A stretch of 64,000 bases of DNA from Candidatus Latescibacterota bacterium (GCA_965248355.1 OZ252098.1:1120001-1184000); one strand, 5' to 3'; positions 1-16,455 are shown, counted from the stretch's first letter. The notes: generated from the letters alone by a model not told the origin. Program-made: numbers and translations.

Positions 1-183
1 GTAGAAGCGGATCACCCGACCCGCCTGATCCAGTGAGCCTCGGGGGGATCAGGGCGCATCGTGCCCATGGACGCGGCTACCCATTTCATAGTCTAACTAC
101 CTCCCGCACAAGGAGAAGGGACCGCAAGTCCATGCGGCCCCTTCAACCCGGGACTGGAGGACCGGGTTTCGACTCGAGCGGGC

Positions 184-260
184 TGGTACCCCCGACAGGA
201 TTCGAACCTGTGACCCACAGATTAGGAATCTGTTGCTCTATCCAGCTGAGCTACGGGGGC
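184..260 (-). tRNA. tRNA-Arg (anticodon CCT)
   Basis: Reverse complement GCCCCCGTAGCTCAGCTGGATAGAGCAACAGATTCCTAATCTGTGGGTCACAGGTTCGAATCCTGTCGGGGGTACCA folds as a cloverleaf, with anticodon loop TT-CCT-AA, GGTTCGAATCC T-arm and encoded CCA. Confidence 0.97.
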
Positions 261-407
261 AGAAAGCGCTGGGCCTCAGGGCAAGGTCGGAGGTGAGAAA
301 CCCAGTCGACCTGTACCGAATCGGCATCCAGAAAAGGGTACGGGCGGCGGCAACGACGGTCAACGAGACTCGTTGTGAATGCTCCTCGCGAGGGTGCGGA
401 CCGCCTG

Positions 408-436
408 TTGACAGACCACCGGGCCGAGCCTACTTT
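408..436 (+). promoter_or_regulatory. sigma70-type promoter of the act/cox operon
   Basis: TTGACA (408-413) - 17 bp - TACTTT (431-436), about 135 bp upstream of actA. Confidence 0.7.
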
Positions 437-570
437 ACGCCCCTCGTTCGACCCCGCCCCGCGCCGCGAGCCTGCCACTCCGTCGCGACTCCCCGTACTG
501 AACAGACAAACCGAAACCCGACCTCCCTGGCCGAGAGGAAACAAGCCAGGGGCAGGCTCCGAGTGTGTAG

Positions 571-1223
571 ATGGCGCAGGTCTTCCATCGCAGCATCAAC
601 TGGGTCGCCAAGCTGTCCATCCTGTTCATCCTGGCCTTTGCCGGCTTGACCCTCGCCATCCTCCTGAACATCAACCGGATCGACTACGTCAGCCACGTTG
701 GCCTGGCGAAGGACCAACCGGTCCCCTTCTCCCACAAGCACCACGTCACAGGCATGGGCATCGACTGCCGGTACTGCCACACGAGCGTCGAGGAGTCCGC
801 CTTCGCTGGCATCCCCCCCGTGGAGACGTGCATGACCTGCCACTCCCTGGTCTGGACCGAGGCTCCGCTGCTGGAACCGGTCCGCGCGGCCTGGCGAGAT
901 GAGGTCCCGCTGCAGTGGACCCGAGTCCACGATCTGCCGGATTTCGTCTACTTCCGGCACGATATCCACATCGCCAAGGGGATCGGATGCACCAGCTGTC
1001 ACGGCCCCGTCGACCAGATGCCGCTGATGTACAAGGAGAACACCCTGAACATGGAGTGGTGCCTCGAGTGCCACCGGGCGCCCGAGAGAGAGATCCGGCC
1101 TCGTGACCAGGTCTTCGACGTGACCTGGTCGCCCCCTGCGGATCAGGAGCGAATCGGGCCACGGCTCGTGGAGGAATACGACGTGCAAGTCTCGCAGCTC
1201 ACCGACTGCTCGGTATGTCACCT

Positions 1224-1227
<4 letters not shown>
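571..1227 (+). CDS. actA: Alternative complex III pentaheme cytochrome c subunit
   Basis: N-terminal TM helix, QPVPFSHKHH, five CxxCH motifs (CRYCH, CMTCH, CTSCH, CLECH, CSVCH); first gene of the act cluster. Confidence 0.93.
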
Positions 1228-4274
<3,047 letters not shown>

Positions 4275-4275
4275 G

Positions 4276-5649
<1,374 letters not shown>

Positions 5650-5652
5650 AGG

Positions 5653-6198
5653 ATGAACGAGTCCACCCCCTCTCAGCCGTACGGCCTGATGGCCGAGTTC
5701 GAAGGGCCTGAAGAGCTTCTGGCGGCGGCGAAGAAGGCCCACGCGGAGGGCTACCGGCGGATGGACGCCTACTCCCCCCTGCCGGTCCACGGCCTGGCGG
5801 CGGCCATCGGCTTCCCGCACACGAACCTGCCCATCGGCACCTTCCTGTGCGGTCTGCTCGGCGCATTGTGCGGATACGGCCTGCAGTACTGGGTGCACGT
5901 CATCGACTACCCCATCAACATCGGGGGCCGTCCCATGCACTCGGGGCCGATGTTCATCCCCGTCACCTTCGAGCTGACGATCCTCTTTGCCGCCATCGGC
6001 ACGGTGGTGGGGCTGATCCTTCTCAACCGGCTGCCCCAGCCGCATCACCCGGTGTTCAACGTGCCGGCCTTCGAGCGCGCCAGCCAGGACCGGTTCTTCC
6101 TGTGCATCGAGTCGGAGGACGGCCGCTACGACGCGGGCTCGACACGGACCTTCCTCGAGAGGCTCGGGGCGGTGGAGGTCTCGGAGGTGCAGCCCTGA
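5653..6198 (+). CDS. actD: Alternative complex III subunit D (DUF3341)
   Basis: DAYSPLPVHG, YPINIGGRP, PVTFELTILFA; two TM helices; position in cluster. Confidence 0.92.
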   Translation: MNESTPSQPYGLMAEFEGPEELLAAAKKAHAEGYRRMDAYSPLPVHGLAAAIGFPHTNLPIGTFLCGLLGALCGYGLQYWVHVIDYPINIGGRPMHSGPMFIPVTFELTILFAAIGTVVGLILLNRLPQPHHPVFNVPAFERASQDRFFLCIESEDGRYDAGSTRTFLERLGAVEVSEVQP

Positions 6199-6200
6199 CG

Positions 6201-6779
6201 ATGCTGCGCTCACCTGCCCTCCGCGCGGCGCTGACCGCCCTCCTCCTGCTGCCGGGATGTGATCTGCGGCAGCGTATGTACGACCAGCCCAAGTACGAGG
6301 CCCACGAGGCCTCCCCCTTCTTCGACGACGGTCTGAGCGCCCGGTCCGCCGTGGAGGGCACCGTGGCCCGGGGCCAGCTCCGGTTCGATCCGCACTACTG
6401 GGAGGGCCGGGTGGATGGCGAGTTGGCCGCGACCCTGCCGGCCAGGGTGGCCTTCGACCGCAGCCTCCTGGACCGGGGCCGCGAGCGGTTCGAGATCTTC
6501 TGCTCTCCCTGCCACGGCCGCACCGGCCGGGGCGACGGGATGATCGTTCAGCGCGGCCTGAAGCGGCCCCCCTCCTTCCACGAGGAGCGGCTGAGGGAAG
6601 CAGCCATCGGGTATTTCTACGACGTCCAGACCAACGGGTTCGGGGCCATGTTCAGCTATGCCTCGCGCGTCCCCGTACCGGATCGCTGGGCCATCGCCGC
6701 CTATATCCGCGCCCTGCAGCTGAGCCAGCGGGTGGAGTTCGACCAACTGCCCGCCGGGGATCAGGGGCAGCTCCCGTGA
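6201..6779 (+). CDS. actE: Alternative complex III monoheme cytochrome c lipoprotein
   Basis: ATG at 6201, lipobox LLPGC, MYDQPKY, CSPCH heme motif, DRWAIAAYIRALQ. Confidence 0.9.
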   Translation: MLRSPALRAALTALLLLPGCDLRQRMYDQPKYEAHEASPFFDDGLSARSAVEGTVARGQLRFDPHYWEGRVDGELAATLPARVAFDRSLLDRGRERFEIFCSPCHGRTGRGDGMIVQRGLKRPPSFHEERLREAAIGYFYDVQTNGFGAMFSYASRVPVPDRWAIAAYIRALQLSQRVEFDQLPAGDQGQLP

Positions 6780-8011
6780 ACGCCGATCTGAACCAGCAAC
6801 TGCTCCGCCAGAGCGAGGGCCTGGCGCCCCTCTTCGAGGGCTACCGCCGCCGCGCCCTGATCGCCGCCCTGGCCGGCATCGCCCTGACCGCCTTCGGGTA
6901 CGTCACCCAGCCGGAGCAGTTCTTCCGCTCGTGGCTCCTCGGATTCACCTACTGGGTCAGCCTCACCCTCGGCTGCCTGCTGGTCCTCATGATCCATCAC
7001 CTCGCGGGTGGACGGTGGGGATTCGCCGTGCGCCGTATCCTCGAGGCGGGCGCCCGCACCTGGCCGTTGATGCTGCTTCTAGGTCTGCCCGTGCTGGCCG
7101 GGATGCACGACCTGTATCACTGGACACACACGGAGGCGGTGGCCGAGGACGAGATCCTCCAGCACAAGTCCCCCTTCCTGAACGTGCCCTTCTTCGTGGT
7201 GCGGTACTTCCTGTACTTCGCGCTCTGGGGAGGCATGATCCAGCTGCTCCACCGCTGGTCGAGCCTGCAGGACGAGCAGGCCGAGACCTGGCCGACCCGG
7301 CGCATGCAGGTGCTCTCGGGCCCGGGACTCGTGCTCTTCGTGCTCTCCGGAACCCTGGCCGGCGTCGACTGGATCATGTCTCTCGAGCCGCACTGGTTCT
7401 CGACGATCTTCAGCGCCATCTACATCCTGGGCCAGGGTCTCGCGGCCTGGGCCCTGGTGACCATCGTCGGCGTCGGCCTTTCCCGCCACGAGCCGTTGAG
7501 CGCCCTGCTGAGCAACGAGCGTCTGCGCGACCTCGGCACCTTCATGCTCGGTTTCGTGCTGCTCTGGGCTTACACCTCCTTCTCCCAGTTGCTCATCATC
7601 TGGGCGGGCAATCTTCCTGAGGAAATCACTTGGTATTACACCCGCCTCAGCGGCGGCTGGCTCTATCTCGGCTACCTGCTCATCGGCTTCCACTTCGTCG
7701 TGCCCTTCCTGCTGATGATCTCCAGCCGGATCAAGGCTCGCCTGCAGATCCTCGTCGCCGTCGCCTGCGGTCTTCTGGTCATGCGCCTGCTCGACCTCTA
7801 CTGGATCTCCGCCCCCGCCTTCCAGGACGCCGGTTCGATCTCGGCCGCCCCCCACTGGCTCGACCTAGTCATCCCCTTCTCCATCGGGGGGCTGTGGTTG
7901 TTCGTGTTCTTCGGCCACTTGAAGAGCCGGTCTCTCGTGCCTCTCAACGACCCGAGATTCGACTTCGACGCCCTCGCCGGGGAGACGGCGCAGGAGGGCC
8001 ACCATGGCTGA
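6776..8011 (+). CDS. actF: Alternative complex III membrane subunit F
   Basis: Polytopic; DWIMSLEPHWFSTIF, FSQLLIIWAGNLPEEITWY. Confidence 0.92.
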   Translation: MNADLNQQLLRQSEGLAPLFEGYRRRALIAALAGIALTAFGYVTQPEQFFRSWLLGFTYWVSLTLGCLLVLMIHHLAGGRWGFAVRRILEAGARTWPLMLLLGLPVLAGMHDLYHWTHTEAVAEDEILQHKSPFLNVPFFVVRYFLYFALWGGMIQLLHRWSSLQDEQAETWPTRRMQVLSGPGLVLFVLSGTLAGVDWIMSLEPHWFSTIFSAIYILGQGLAAWALVTIVGVGLSRHEPLSALLSNERLRDLGTFMLGFVLLWAYTSFSQLLIIWAGNLPEEITWYYTRLSGGWLYLGYLLIGFHFVVPFLLMISSRIKARLQILVAVACGLLVMRLLDLYWISAPAFQDAGSISAAPHWLDLVIPFSIGGLWLFVFFGHLKSRSLVPLNDPRFDFDALAGETAQEGHHG

Positions 8012-8450
8012 TCTTCACACGCCGGCCGAGGGACACGTCCACGCCGCTTCCGCGGCGGCGGGTCACGAGGTCACCGACGCCCCGGCCAGCCCCCTGGCCA
8101 AGGTGGGCATCGGGCTCGCCGCGCTCATGCTCATTTCCTTCGTAGGCGTGCTCCTCATGTTTCGCTTTCTCGTGCACGTGCAGCCCCTCTACGACAAGGA
8201 GACCCCTGCCCACCCTCTGCGCGACGCTCGGGTCTCCTCCACCGAGCCCCGGCTGCAGCCCGACCCGCCGAGGCAGAAGGGCGAGCTGCGGCGGATCGAG
8301 GATCACCTCCTCACCACCTACGACTGGGTCGACAAGGAGCAGGGGCTCGTGCGCATCCCCATCGACCGGGCCATGGGCCTGATCTCCCGCCGCGGCCTGC
8401 CCGAGAAGACCGGCACCGGGGCCGCCGCCCCTCCCGCCGCCGAGGAATGA
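8004..8450 (+). CDS. actG: Alternative complex III small single-TM subunit (ActG-like)
   Basis: One TM helix, EPRLQ and YDWVD...RIPIDRAM motifs; lies between actF and SCO. Confidence 0.7.
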   Translation: MADLHTPAEGHVHAASAAAGHEVTDAPASPLAKVGIGLAALMLISFVGVLLMFRFLVHVQPLYDKETPAHPLRDARVSSTEPRLQPDPPRQKGELRRIEDHLLTTYDWVDKEQGLVRIPIDRAMGLISRRGLPEKTGTGAAAPPAAEE

Positions 8451-9313
8451 GGGTGAGACCGGATCCCCTGTCATCGGCGATCGCCGTTCTGGCGGTCCTG
8501 ACTGTCGGGGCCGCCCAAGGCCAGCCGATCGACCCCACCGTGGGCGAGGAGATCGGCATCGACCAGCGCCTCGGTGAACGGGTCCCCCTCGATCTGGCCT
8601 TCCGTGACGAAACGGGGGCGGAGGTCCGACTCGAAGACATCCTCGGTGAGAGGCCCGCGGTCCTGTCCCTCGCCTACTACGAGTGCCCCATGCTGTGCAC
8701 CCAGGTTCTCAACGGCCTCCTGCGGAGTCTCCGAGTGCTTTCTCTGGACGTGGGCCGCGAGTTCGAGGTGATCACGGTGAGCATCGATCCCGGCGAGACG
8801 CCCGCCTTGGCGGCGGCCAAGAAGAGGGAATACGTCGGACGCTACGGACGCGACGGAGCCGGGGGCGGCTGGCACTTCCTCACCGGGACGCAGGATCGGA
8901 TCGAGAAGCTCGCCAAGGCCGTGGGGTTCCGCTACGAGTACGATCCGGAGACCGATCTCTACGTCCACGCCAGCGGCATCATGGTCCTCACTCCGACGGG
9001 AGAACTGGCCCGCTACTTCTACGGCGTCGAGTACTCGCCGAAGGACCTCCGCCTGGGCCTGATCGAAGCGGCAGAGGAGCGCATCGGCAACGCCGTCGAC
9101 CAGGTCCTGTTGCTGTGCTATCAGTACGATCCGGCCACCGGGAAGTACGGCTTGGTGATCCTCAACAGCCTGCGCGTCGCCGGCGCGGCCACGGTGGCCA
9201 TCCTGGCCGGCCTCGTCATCGGCTGGATCCGCCGGGAGCGCCGGCAGGCGGACCACTCGGCCAAATCCCATCCCGCACCCGAACTGAACCCGGGCCCGGT
9301 AAGAGATGTCTAA
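8447..9313 (+). CDS. SCO1/SenC copper chaperone
   Basis: Signal peptide, YYECPMLC (CxxxC), YVHASG His ligand, C-terminal TM helix. Confidence 0.92.
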   Translation: MRVRPDPLSSAIAVLAVLTVGAAQGQPIDPTVGEEIGIDQRLGERVPLDLAFRDETGAEVRLEDILGERPAVLSLAYYECPMLCTQVLNGLLRSLRVLSLDVGREFEVITVSIDPGETPALAAAKKREYVGRYGRDGAGGGWHFLTGTQDRIEKLAKAVGFRYEYDPETDLYVHASGIMVLTPTGELARYFYGVEYSPKDLRLGLIEAAEERIGNAVDQVLLLCYQYDPATGKYGLVILNSLRVAGAATVAILAGLVIGWIRRERRQADHSAKSHPAPELNPGPVRDV

Positions 9314-10241
9314 GGAATTCCCCCTCCATCCCGACCTGGCCTCCACCTTCGCCCTGCAGGTGGACCTTCTGTACTTCCTGCTGGTAGGGCTCAGCGTCCT
9401 CTTCGCGGCCGGCGTCGTCTTCGTCCTGGCGCTGTTCGCGATCAAGTACCGGAGGCGCTCCGACGACGACCGGCCCCATCCCGTTCACGGCTCGGTCCCC
9501 CTCGAGCTGGCCTGGAGCATCATCCCACTCTTCATGGCCATCGGCGTCTTCACACTGGGAGCCGAGGTCTACTTCCGCATGTACCGCTCCCCCACCGACG
9601 CCATGGACATCTACGTCGTGGGCAAGCAGTGGATGTGGAAGATCCAGCACCCGGAGGGCCGGCGCGAGATCAACGAACTCCACATCCCGGTGGACCAGCC
9701 GGTGCGTTTGACCATGACCTCGGAGGACGTGATCCATGCCTTCTCGGTGCCTGCCTTCCGCACCAAGAAGGATGTCGTGCCGGGGCGCTACAACACGATC
9801 TGGTTCGAGGCCACCAAGACGGGGGAGTTCCACCTGTTCTGCGCCGAGTACTGCGGCACCCAGCACTCCACCATGATCGGCACGGTCTACGTGATGGAGC
9901 CGGAGGATTACCAGGAATGGCTCGGCGGCGGCGTCAGCGGCGAGACCATGGCCGAGGCGGGGGAGCGCCAGTTCCAGCAGCTTGGATGCGCCACCTGCCA
10001 CAAGTCCGAGTCGATCGGTCGAGGCCCCACCCTGGTTGGCCTCTTCGGCGAGCCCCTGGAGCTCGCCTCCGGCGAGGTGATCCGGGTCGATGAGAGCTAC
10101 CTGCGCGAATCGATCCTCGCACCGGCGACGAAACTGGTGAAGGGCTACTCGCCGATCATGCCCACCTTCCAGGGTCAGATCAGCGAGGAGACCCTGCTCC
10201 AGCTCATCACCTATATCAAGTCCCTGGGCGCCAGCGAGTGA
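9306..10241 (+). CDS. coxB: Cytochrome c oxidase subunit II with fused cytochrome c (caa3 type)
   Basis: DVIH, CuA motif CAEYCGTQHSTM, C-terminal CATCH heme c motif. Confidence 0.95.
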   Translation: MSKEFPLHPDLASTFALQVDLLYFLLVGLSVLFAAGVVFVLALFAIKYRRRSDDDRPHPVHGSVPLELAWSIIPLFMAIGVFTLGAEVYFRMYRSPTDAMDIYVVGKQWMWKIQHPEGRREINELHIPVDQPVRLTMTSEDVIHAFSVPAFRTKKDVVPGRYNTIWFEATKTGEFHLFCAEYCGTQHSTMIGTVYVMEPEDYQEWLGGGVSGETMAEAGERQFQQLGCATCHKSESIGRGPTLVGLFGEPLELASGEVIRVDESYLRESILAPATKLVKGYSPIMPTFQGQISEETLLQLITYIKSLGASE

Positions 10242-10250
10242 GACGGAGCC

Positions 10251-11945
<1,695 letters not shown>

Positions 11946-11979
11946 GGCGCCGCATCGGCGCTTCGAGGTGACGAGGAGG

Positions 11980-12671
<692 letters not shown>

Positions 12672-12675
<4 letters not shown>

Positions 12676-13022
12676 GCGACGCCCACCCCGAGAACCATCC
12701 AGGAGGCGAGCACCATGTTCTGCCCGTCAGGATGTACGTGGCCATCGTCTCCCTTCTCTTCATCTTCACGGCCGTCACGGTGCTGGCCGCCTTCGTCGAG
12801 CTCGGCGCCCTGAACACGCCGATCGCGCTGGCCATCGCCGTCCTCAAGGCCTCCCTCGTGGTGCTGTTCTTCATGCACGTGCGGTACAACACCCCCCTCA
12901 TGTGGGTCTTTGCCGCCGCCGGCTTCTTCTGGCTCATCATCATGTTCTCTCTCACCATGCAGGACTACGTCTCGCGGGACTGGGAGACGCCGGCGCCCGT
13001 GCACTTCCTCGATCTTCTGTAG
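12672..13022 (+). CDS. coxD: Cytochrome c oxidase subunit IV (caa3 CtaF-like)
   Basis: ATGA overlap with coxC stop; three TM helices, KASLVVLFFMHV. Confidence 0.88.
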
Positions 13023-13033
13023 TCCCGTCGGCC

Positions 13034-13073
13034 AAAGAAAAACGCCCTGTCCGGCACGTGCCGGACAGGGCGT
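13034..13073 (-). terminator. Intrinsic terminator between the convergent cox and groES units (possibly bidirectional)
   Basis: Perfect 32-bp palindrome ACGCCCTGTCCGGCAC|GTGCCGGACAGGGCGT (13042-13073), followed on the minus strand by TTTTCTTT. Confidence 0.8.
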
Positions 13074-13097
13074 CGCTGTGCGGATCCCCCGGGAGCC

Positions 13098-13499
13098 TCA
13101 GGTCTCTCCCGCAGAGGGATCGATATCGAAGACCCCCGTCGATCGGATCAGGACGAGAATGGCCGAATGGGGGACGACGACGAACTTCTCGTTGTCGAAC
13201 TTGATCTCCACCGCCTCCTTGCGGGCGTAGATGGCGTGGTCCCCCTTCTGGGCCTGCAGGGGGATGAAACGCATCTCCGGTTCCGAGCCCGACTCCGCCC
13301 ACGGCGCGTCGTCCTCATCGCCCTTCGGCGGCAGAGGGATTCCCGGCCCCACCTCCTCGATGCGCCCGCTCTGCACGTTTTCCTTCTCCAGCGCCGTCGG
13401 GGGCAGGTAGAGCCCCACCTCGGTGCGCTGTTCCTCCTCGTCGACGCGGACCAGCACGCGGTCGCCCACGACGAGCAACTCCTTGTCACCTCGCAACAT
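13098..13499 (-). CDS. GroES/Cpn10-family co-chaperonin, orphan paralog
   Basis: VGDRVLV, RTEVGLYLP mobile loop, EVGPG, GDHAIY, ILVLI; no groEL adjacent. Confidence 0.85.
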   Translation of the reverse strand: MLRGDKELLVVGDRVLVRVDEEEQRTEVGLYLPPTALEKENVQSGRIEEVGPGIPLPPKGDEDDAPWAESGSEPEMRFIPLQAQKGDHAIYARKEAVEIKFDNEKFVVVPHSAILVLIRSTGVFDIDPSAGET

Positions 13500-13564
13500 G
13501 GTTCAGACGCCCTCGCTCCTGCCTCTCCGGACCCTTGGCAACGCCCGGGACCGGCTCGGCCGCA

Positions 13565-13593
13565 ATAGTAGGGGAATGCCCCCAGCCCCTCAA
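13565..13593 (-). promoter_or_regulatory. Possible sigma70 promoter for the groES-like gene
   Basis: Minus strand TTGAGG - 17 bp - TACTAT, about 65 bp upstream of the start. Confidence 0.4.
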
Positions 13594-14333
13594 AGGCCGG
13601 CTCCTCCATCGGCGGCGGCGGCGGCGCCGATGATCCCCGCCTCGTTGCGCAGCCGGGCGGGTACGATCTCGCAGTCGACGGTCAGGTGGGGCAGGAACCT
13701 CTCGTGCCTCCCGCTCACGCCGCCGCCGATGATGATCAGTTCCGGCCACAGGTAGAAGGCGACCCTCTGCAGATAGGCGTCCACCCGGGAGGACCACTTC
13801 TTCCAGCTCAGGCGGCGGCGGGTGCGGACGCTGGCGGAGGCCCGCAACTCGGCGGCCTTGCCGTCCATCTCGATATGGCCGAACTCGGTGTTGGGCACGA
13901 GCCGGCCGTCGGTGAACAGGGCCGACCCGATGCCGGTGCCGATGGTGAGGACCAGGACCACCCCCGACCGCCCCCGACCCGCCCCAAAGCGCATCTCCGC
14001 TATGCCGGCCGCGTCGGCGTCGTTGAGGACGGTGAAGGGGCATCCCGTGGCCTGATGGAACATGGCCCCCGCGTCTCGCCCGATCCACGAGTCGTCGATG
14101 TTGGCCGCCGTGCACACCTGGCCCTGGCGGACCACCGCGGGGAAACCGGCACCGACCGGGCCCTCCCACCCGAAGTGCTCCACGATCCTGGCCACGCCCT
14201 CGGTCACGGCCTCCGGGGTGGCGGGCCGGGGGGTCTTCAGCCGGAAGCGCTCGCCGAGGACCTTCCCCTCTTCGCCGTCGACCGGAGCGCCCTTGATGCC
14301 CGTCCCTCCAATGTCGATGCCGAGTGTGGCCAT
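13590..14333 (-). CDS. ppgK: Polyphosphate glucokinase (ROK family)
   Basis: LGIDIGGTGIKGAPVD, LNDADAAG, TIGTGIGSA, PNTEFGH, GGGVS, NEAGIIGAA. Confidence 0.9.
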   Translation of the reverse strand: MATLGIDIGGTGIKGAPVDGEEGKVLGERFRLKTPRPATPEAVTEGVARIVEHFGWEGPVGAGFPAVVRQGQVCTAANIDDSWIGRDAGAMFHQATGCPFTVLNDADAAGIAEMRFGAGRGRSGVVLVLTIGTGIGSALFTDGRLVPNTEFGHIEMDGKAAELRASASVRTRRRLSWKKWSSRVDAYLQRVAFYLWPELIIIGGGVSGRHERFLPHLTVDCEIVPARLRNEAGIIGAAAAADGGAGL

Positions 14334-14342
14334 CCGGAAAGA

Positions 14343-15434
14343 TTACAGCGGCATGTAGTCCAGGTCGAGGACCCGCTCCACGAGCCAGCCCAGACCGAAA
14401 AGGAGGATGACGGCGGAGAGGCCCTGCACGACGCGGGCGTGGCCCGGCCGGCGCGCCGACCACAGGATGAGAGGAAAGAGAAGGGTGACGATGGCCACCT
14501 GTCCGACCTCGACGCCGACGTTGAAGGCCAGCAGGGAGGCCACCAACCCGCGCGACGGCAGGCCGAGTTCGCGCAGCACGTTGGCGAAGCCGAATCCGTG
14601 CACGAACCCGAAGAGGAAGGTCAGGATCCAGCGGTGGTCGGCGCGGCGCAACCAGAAGTTCTCGGCGGCCACGTAGGCGATGCTCAGGGCGATGCCCGAC
14701 TCGACGAGGCGCGAGGGCAGACTGACCCACTCCAGCGCCGCCAGGATCAGGGTGACGCTGTGGGCCACGGTGAATGCGGTGACGATCTTCACCAGCGTCC
14801 CGAGCCGGGAGCCCACCAGGATCAGGGCGATCAGAAACAGCACGTGGTCGTAGCCCAGGAAGATGTGCTCCACGCCGAGCACGACGAAGCGTCCGGCCTG
14901 CGCCCAGAGGCTCTCCCGCGCCAAGCCGGACACCCCGATCCCGTGGACCGGCTCCGCCGCCGAGAGAACGGCGACCTCCACCGGTTGCCCGGGGATCCGG
15001 ACTCGAAGCAGGTTGCGATGGTCCCCGGGCAGCGGCGCCAGGTAGCGGGTGAGATCCAGCTCGAGGGGGCGCAGGTTCCCCGGCGTCCGCGCGCGGACCG
15101 AGAGCCGGGCGATGAGATTGCCCTCCCCGTCGACATCGGTCTGCACCCCGGCGCCGAGGAGGTCCAGGTCCGAGCCATCGGAGCGCAGGGAGATCAGGCC
15201 CTGCAGGGTATCGGCGGCCATGGCGACGCCGGCCAGCATCTCCTCCGCCCAGAGGACCTGATCGCCGTTGCGGTCCAGAGCCGGCACCAGAAGGCGCATC
15301 TCCGGCTCGTGCACCGTCAGGGACAGCCGGACGCTGTCCTCGCCGACGCTGACCAGGGTGTAGCTCCTGTCCATCTCGTGGGCGCCGGCGGAACCGCAGG
15401 CGAGACAAAGGGCAAGCACACCACAGCGCACCAT
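14343..15434 (-). CDS. HupE/UreJ-family membrane protein with an N-terminal exported domain
   Basis: Signal peptide ending AHE, GVEHIFLGYDHVLF, TAFTVAHSVTL, FGFVHGFGFA, FNVGVEVGQ. Confidence 0.88.
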   Translation of the reverse strand: MVRCGVLALCLACGSAGAHEMDRSYTLVSVGEDSVRLSLTVHEPEMRLLVPALDRNGDQVLWAEEMLAGVAMAADTLQGLISLRSDGSDLDLLGAGVQTDVDGEGNLIARLSVRARTPGNLRPLELDLTRYLAPLPGDHRNLLRVRIPGQPVEVAVLSAAEPVHGIGVSGLARESLWAQAGRFVVLGVEHIFLGYDHVLFLIALILVGSRLGTLVKIVTAFTVAHSVTLILAALEWVSLPSRLVESGIALSIAYVAAENFWLRRADHRWILTFLFGFVHGFGFANVLRELGLPSRGLVASLLAFNVGVEVGQVAIVTLLFPLILWSARRPGHARVVQGLSAVILLFGLGWLVERVLDLDYMPL

Positions 15435-15454
15435 GGACCTCCCCGTGTGGCCGG

Positions 15455-16045
15455 TCAGAGCAGCCGCCGGATCACGGCGGCCATGTCGTCGATTCCATCC
15501 TGCTCGGAGAACAGGAAACGCACCACCCCCTGGGCATCGATCAAGTAGGTACGGGAGGAGTGATCGACGCCGCCGTCGGCAGCCGGCCCGAACCCTGCGC
15601 CGTACTGCCCGGCCACGGCGGCCACCTGCTCCGGAGTCCCGGTCAGGCCGGTGAGGCGGTACGGATAGCCTGCACAGTACTCCGCCAGCCTCGCCGGCGT
15701 ATCGTGGCCCGGATCGACACTGAGGAAGAGGACCTCCACCCCGGGAGCCGGCAGCCGGCGCATCACCTCGCCCAGCTTGGACAGGGTCGTGGGGCAGCTG
15801 GCGGCGCAGCGGGTGAATCCGAAGAACAGCAGCAGCGGCCGGCCGCGACGTCCGGAAAGGGAGAATCTCTCCCCTCTCTGATCGACGAGCTCAAAATCAC
15901 CGCCGAGCTCGTAGCGCTCCAGAGCCGGCGCCGCCTCTCGCCGGGCTCCCTCCCCCGAGGGGCCGCATCCCCCCGCCGGGAGGGTTGCCGCCCACGCCGC
16001 TGTCCAGAGCCACCATCGCTTCCCATGGCGGAGGAATCGACTCAA
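15455..16045 (-). CDS. SCO1/SenC-family copper-binding lipoprotein (second copy)
   Basis: TTG start overlapping the upstream TGA; GGDFELVDQ, FFGFTRCAASCP, VDHSSRTYLID. Confidence 0.85.
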   Translation of the reverse strand: MSRFLRHGKRWWLWTAAWAATLPAGGCGPSGEGARREAAPALERYELGGDFELVDQRGERFSLSGRRGRPLLLFFGFTRCAASCPTTLSKLGEVMRRLPAPGVEVLFLSVDPGHDTPARLAEYCAGYPYRLTGLTGTPEQVAAVAGQYGAGFGPAADGGVDHSSRTYLIDAQGVVRFLFSEQDGIDDMAAVIRRLL

Positions 16046-16455
16046 TCCCGGGACTCCAGGAAGGAGAGGATGTACAGGGCCAGGTCTCGGCGGTCCTCCT
16101 CGGAGAGGTGGCCGTAGGCCGGCATGTTCCGGCCTTCGGACAAGACGCCCTGGCGGATCGTCTCCTCGATCTGCTTGAGCTCGTACCCGTGGCGGTAGCC
16201 CCGCGGATCGTGCAGGTCCCTGGGTGGAGGATTCAGGCTCGCCGCCAGGCGGCCGTCGCCCCGGCCCTGGGGTCCGTGGCACAGGGCACACCCGTTCCTC
16301 TCGTACAGCTGCCGGCCCCGGATCACGGCGTCCCTGTCGGCAGCACCGTCCATGGCCTCCTCGGCGACGTCCTGACCACAGCCAAGGGCGAGACCCGCCC
16401 ACAGCAGGACGCCCGCCGGCCATCGGCCCGGGTGCGCATCAGATGCGCGCGCCAT
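16042..16455 (-). CDS. Monoheme cytochrome c lipoprotein
   Basis: Lipobox-like LALGC, CALCHG heme motif, NMPAY Met ligand; start codon uncertain. Confidence 0.8.
   Translation of the reverse strand: MARASDAHPGRWPAGVLLWAGLALGCGQDVAEEAMDGAADRDAVIRGRQLYERNGCALCHGPQGRGDGRLAASLNPPPRDLHDPRGYRHGYELKQIEETIRQGVLSEGRNMPAYGHLSEEDRRDLALYILSFLESRD

Noticed and set aside
1..183. Possible gene start or island attachment site downstream of the tRNA-Arg 3' end
   Set aside because: Too little sequence; no integrase and no duplicated tRNA 3' end visible in the window.
373..391. TTGTGAA half-site upstream of the act promoter (Rex/CRP-like)
   Set aside because: The second half-site does not match, so no palindrome can be supported.
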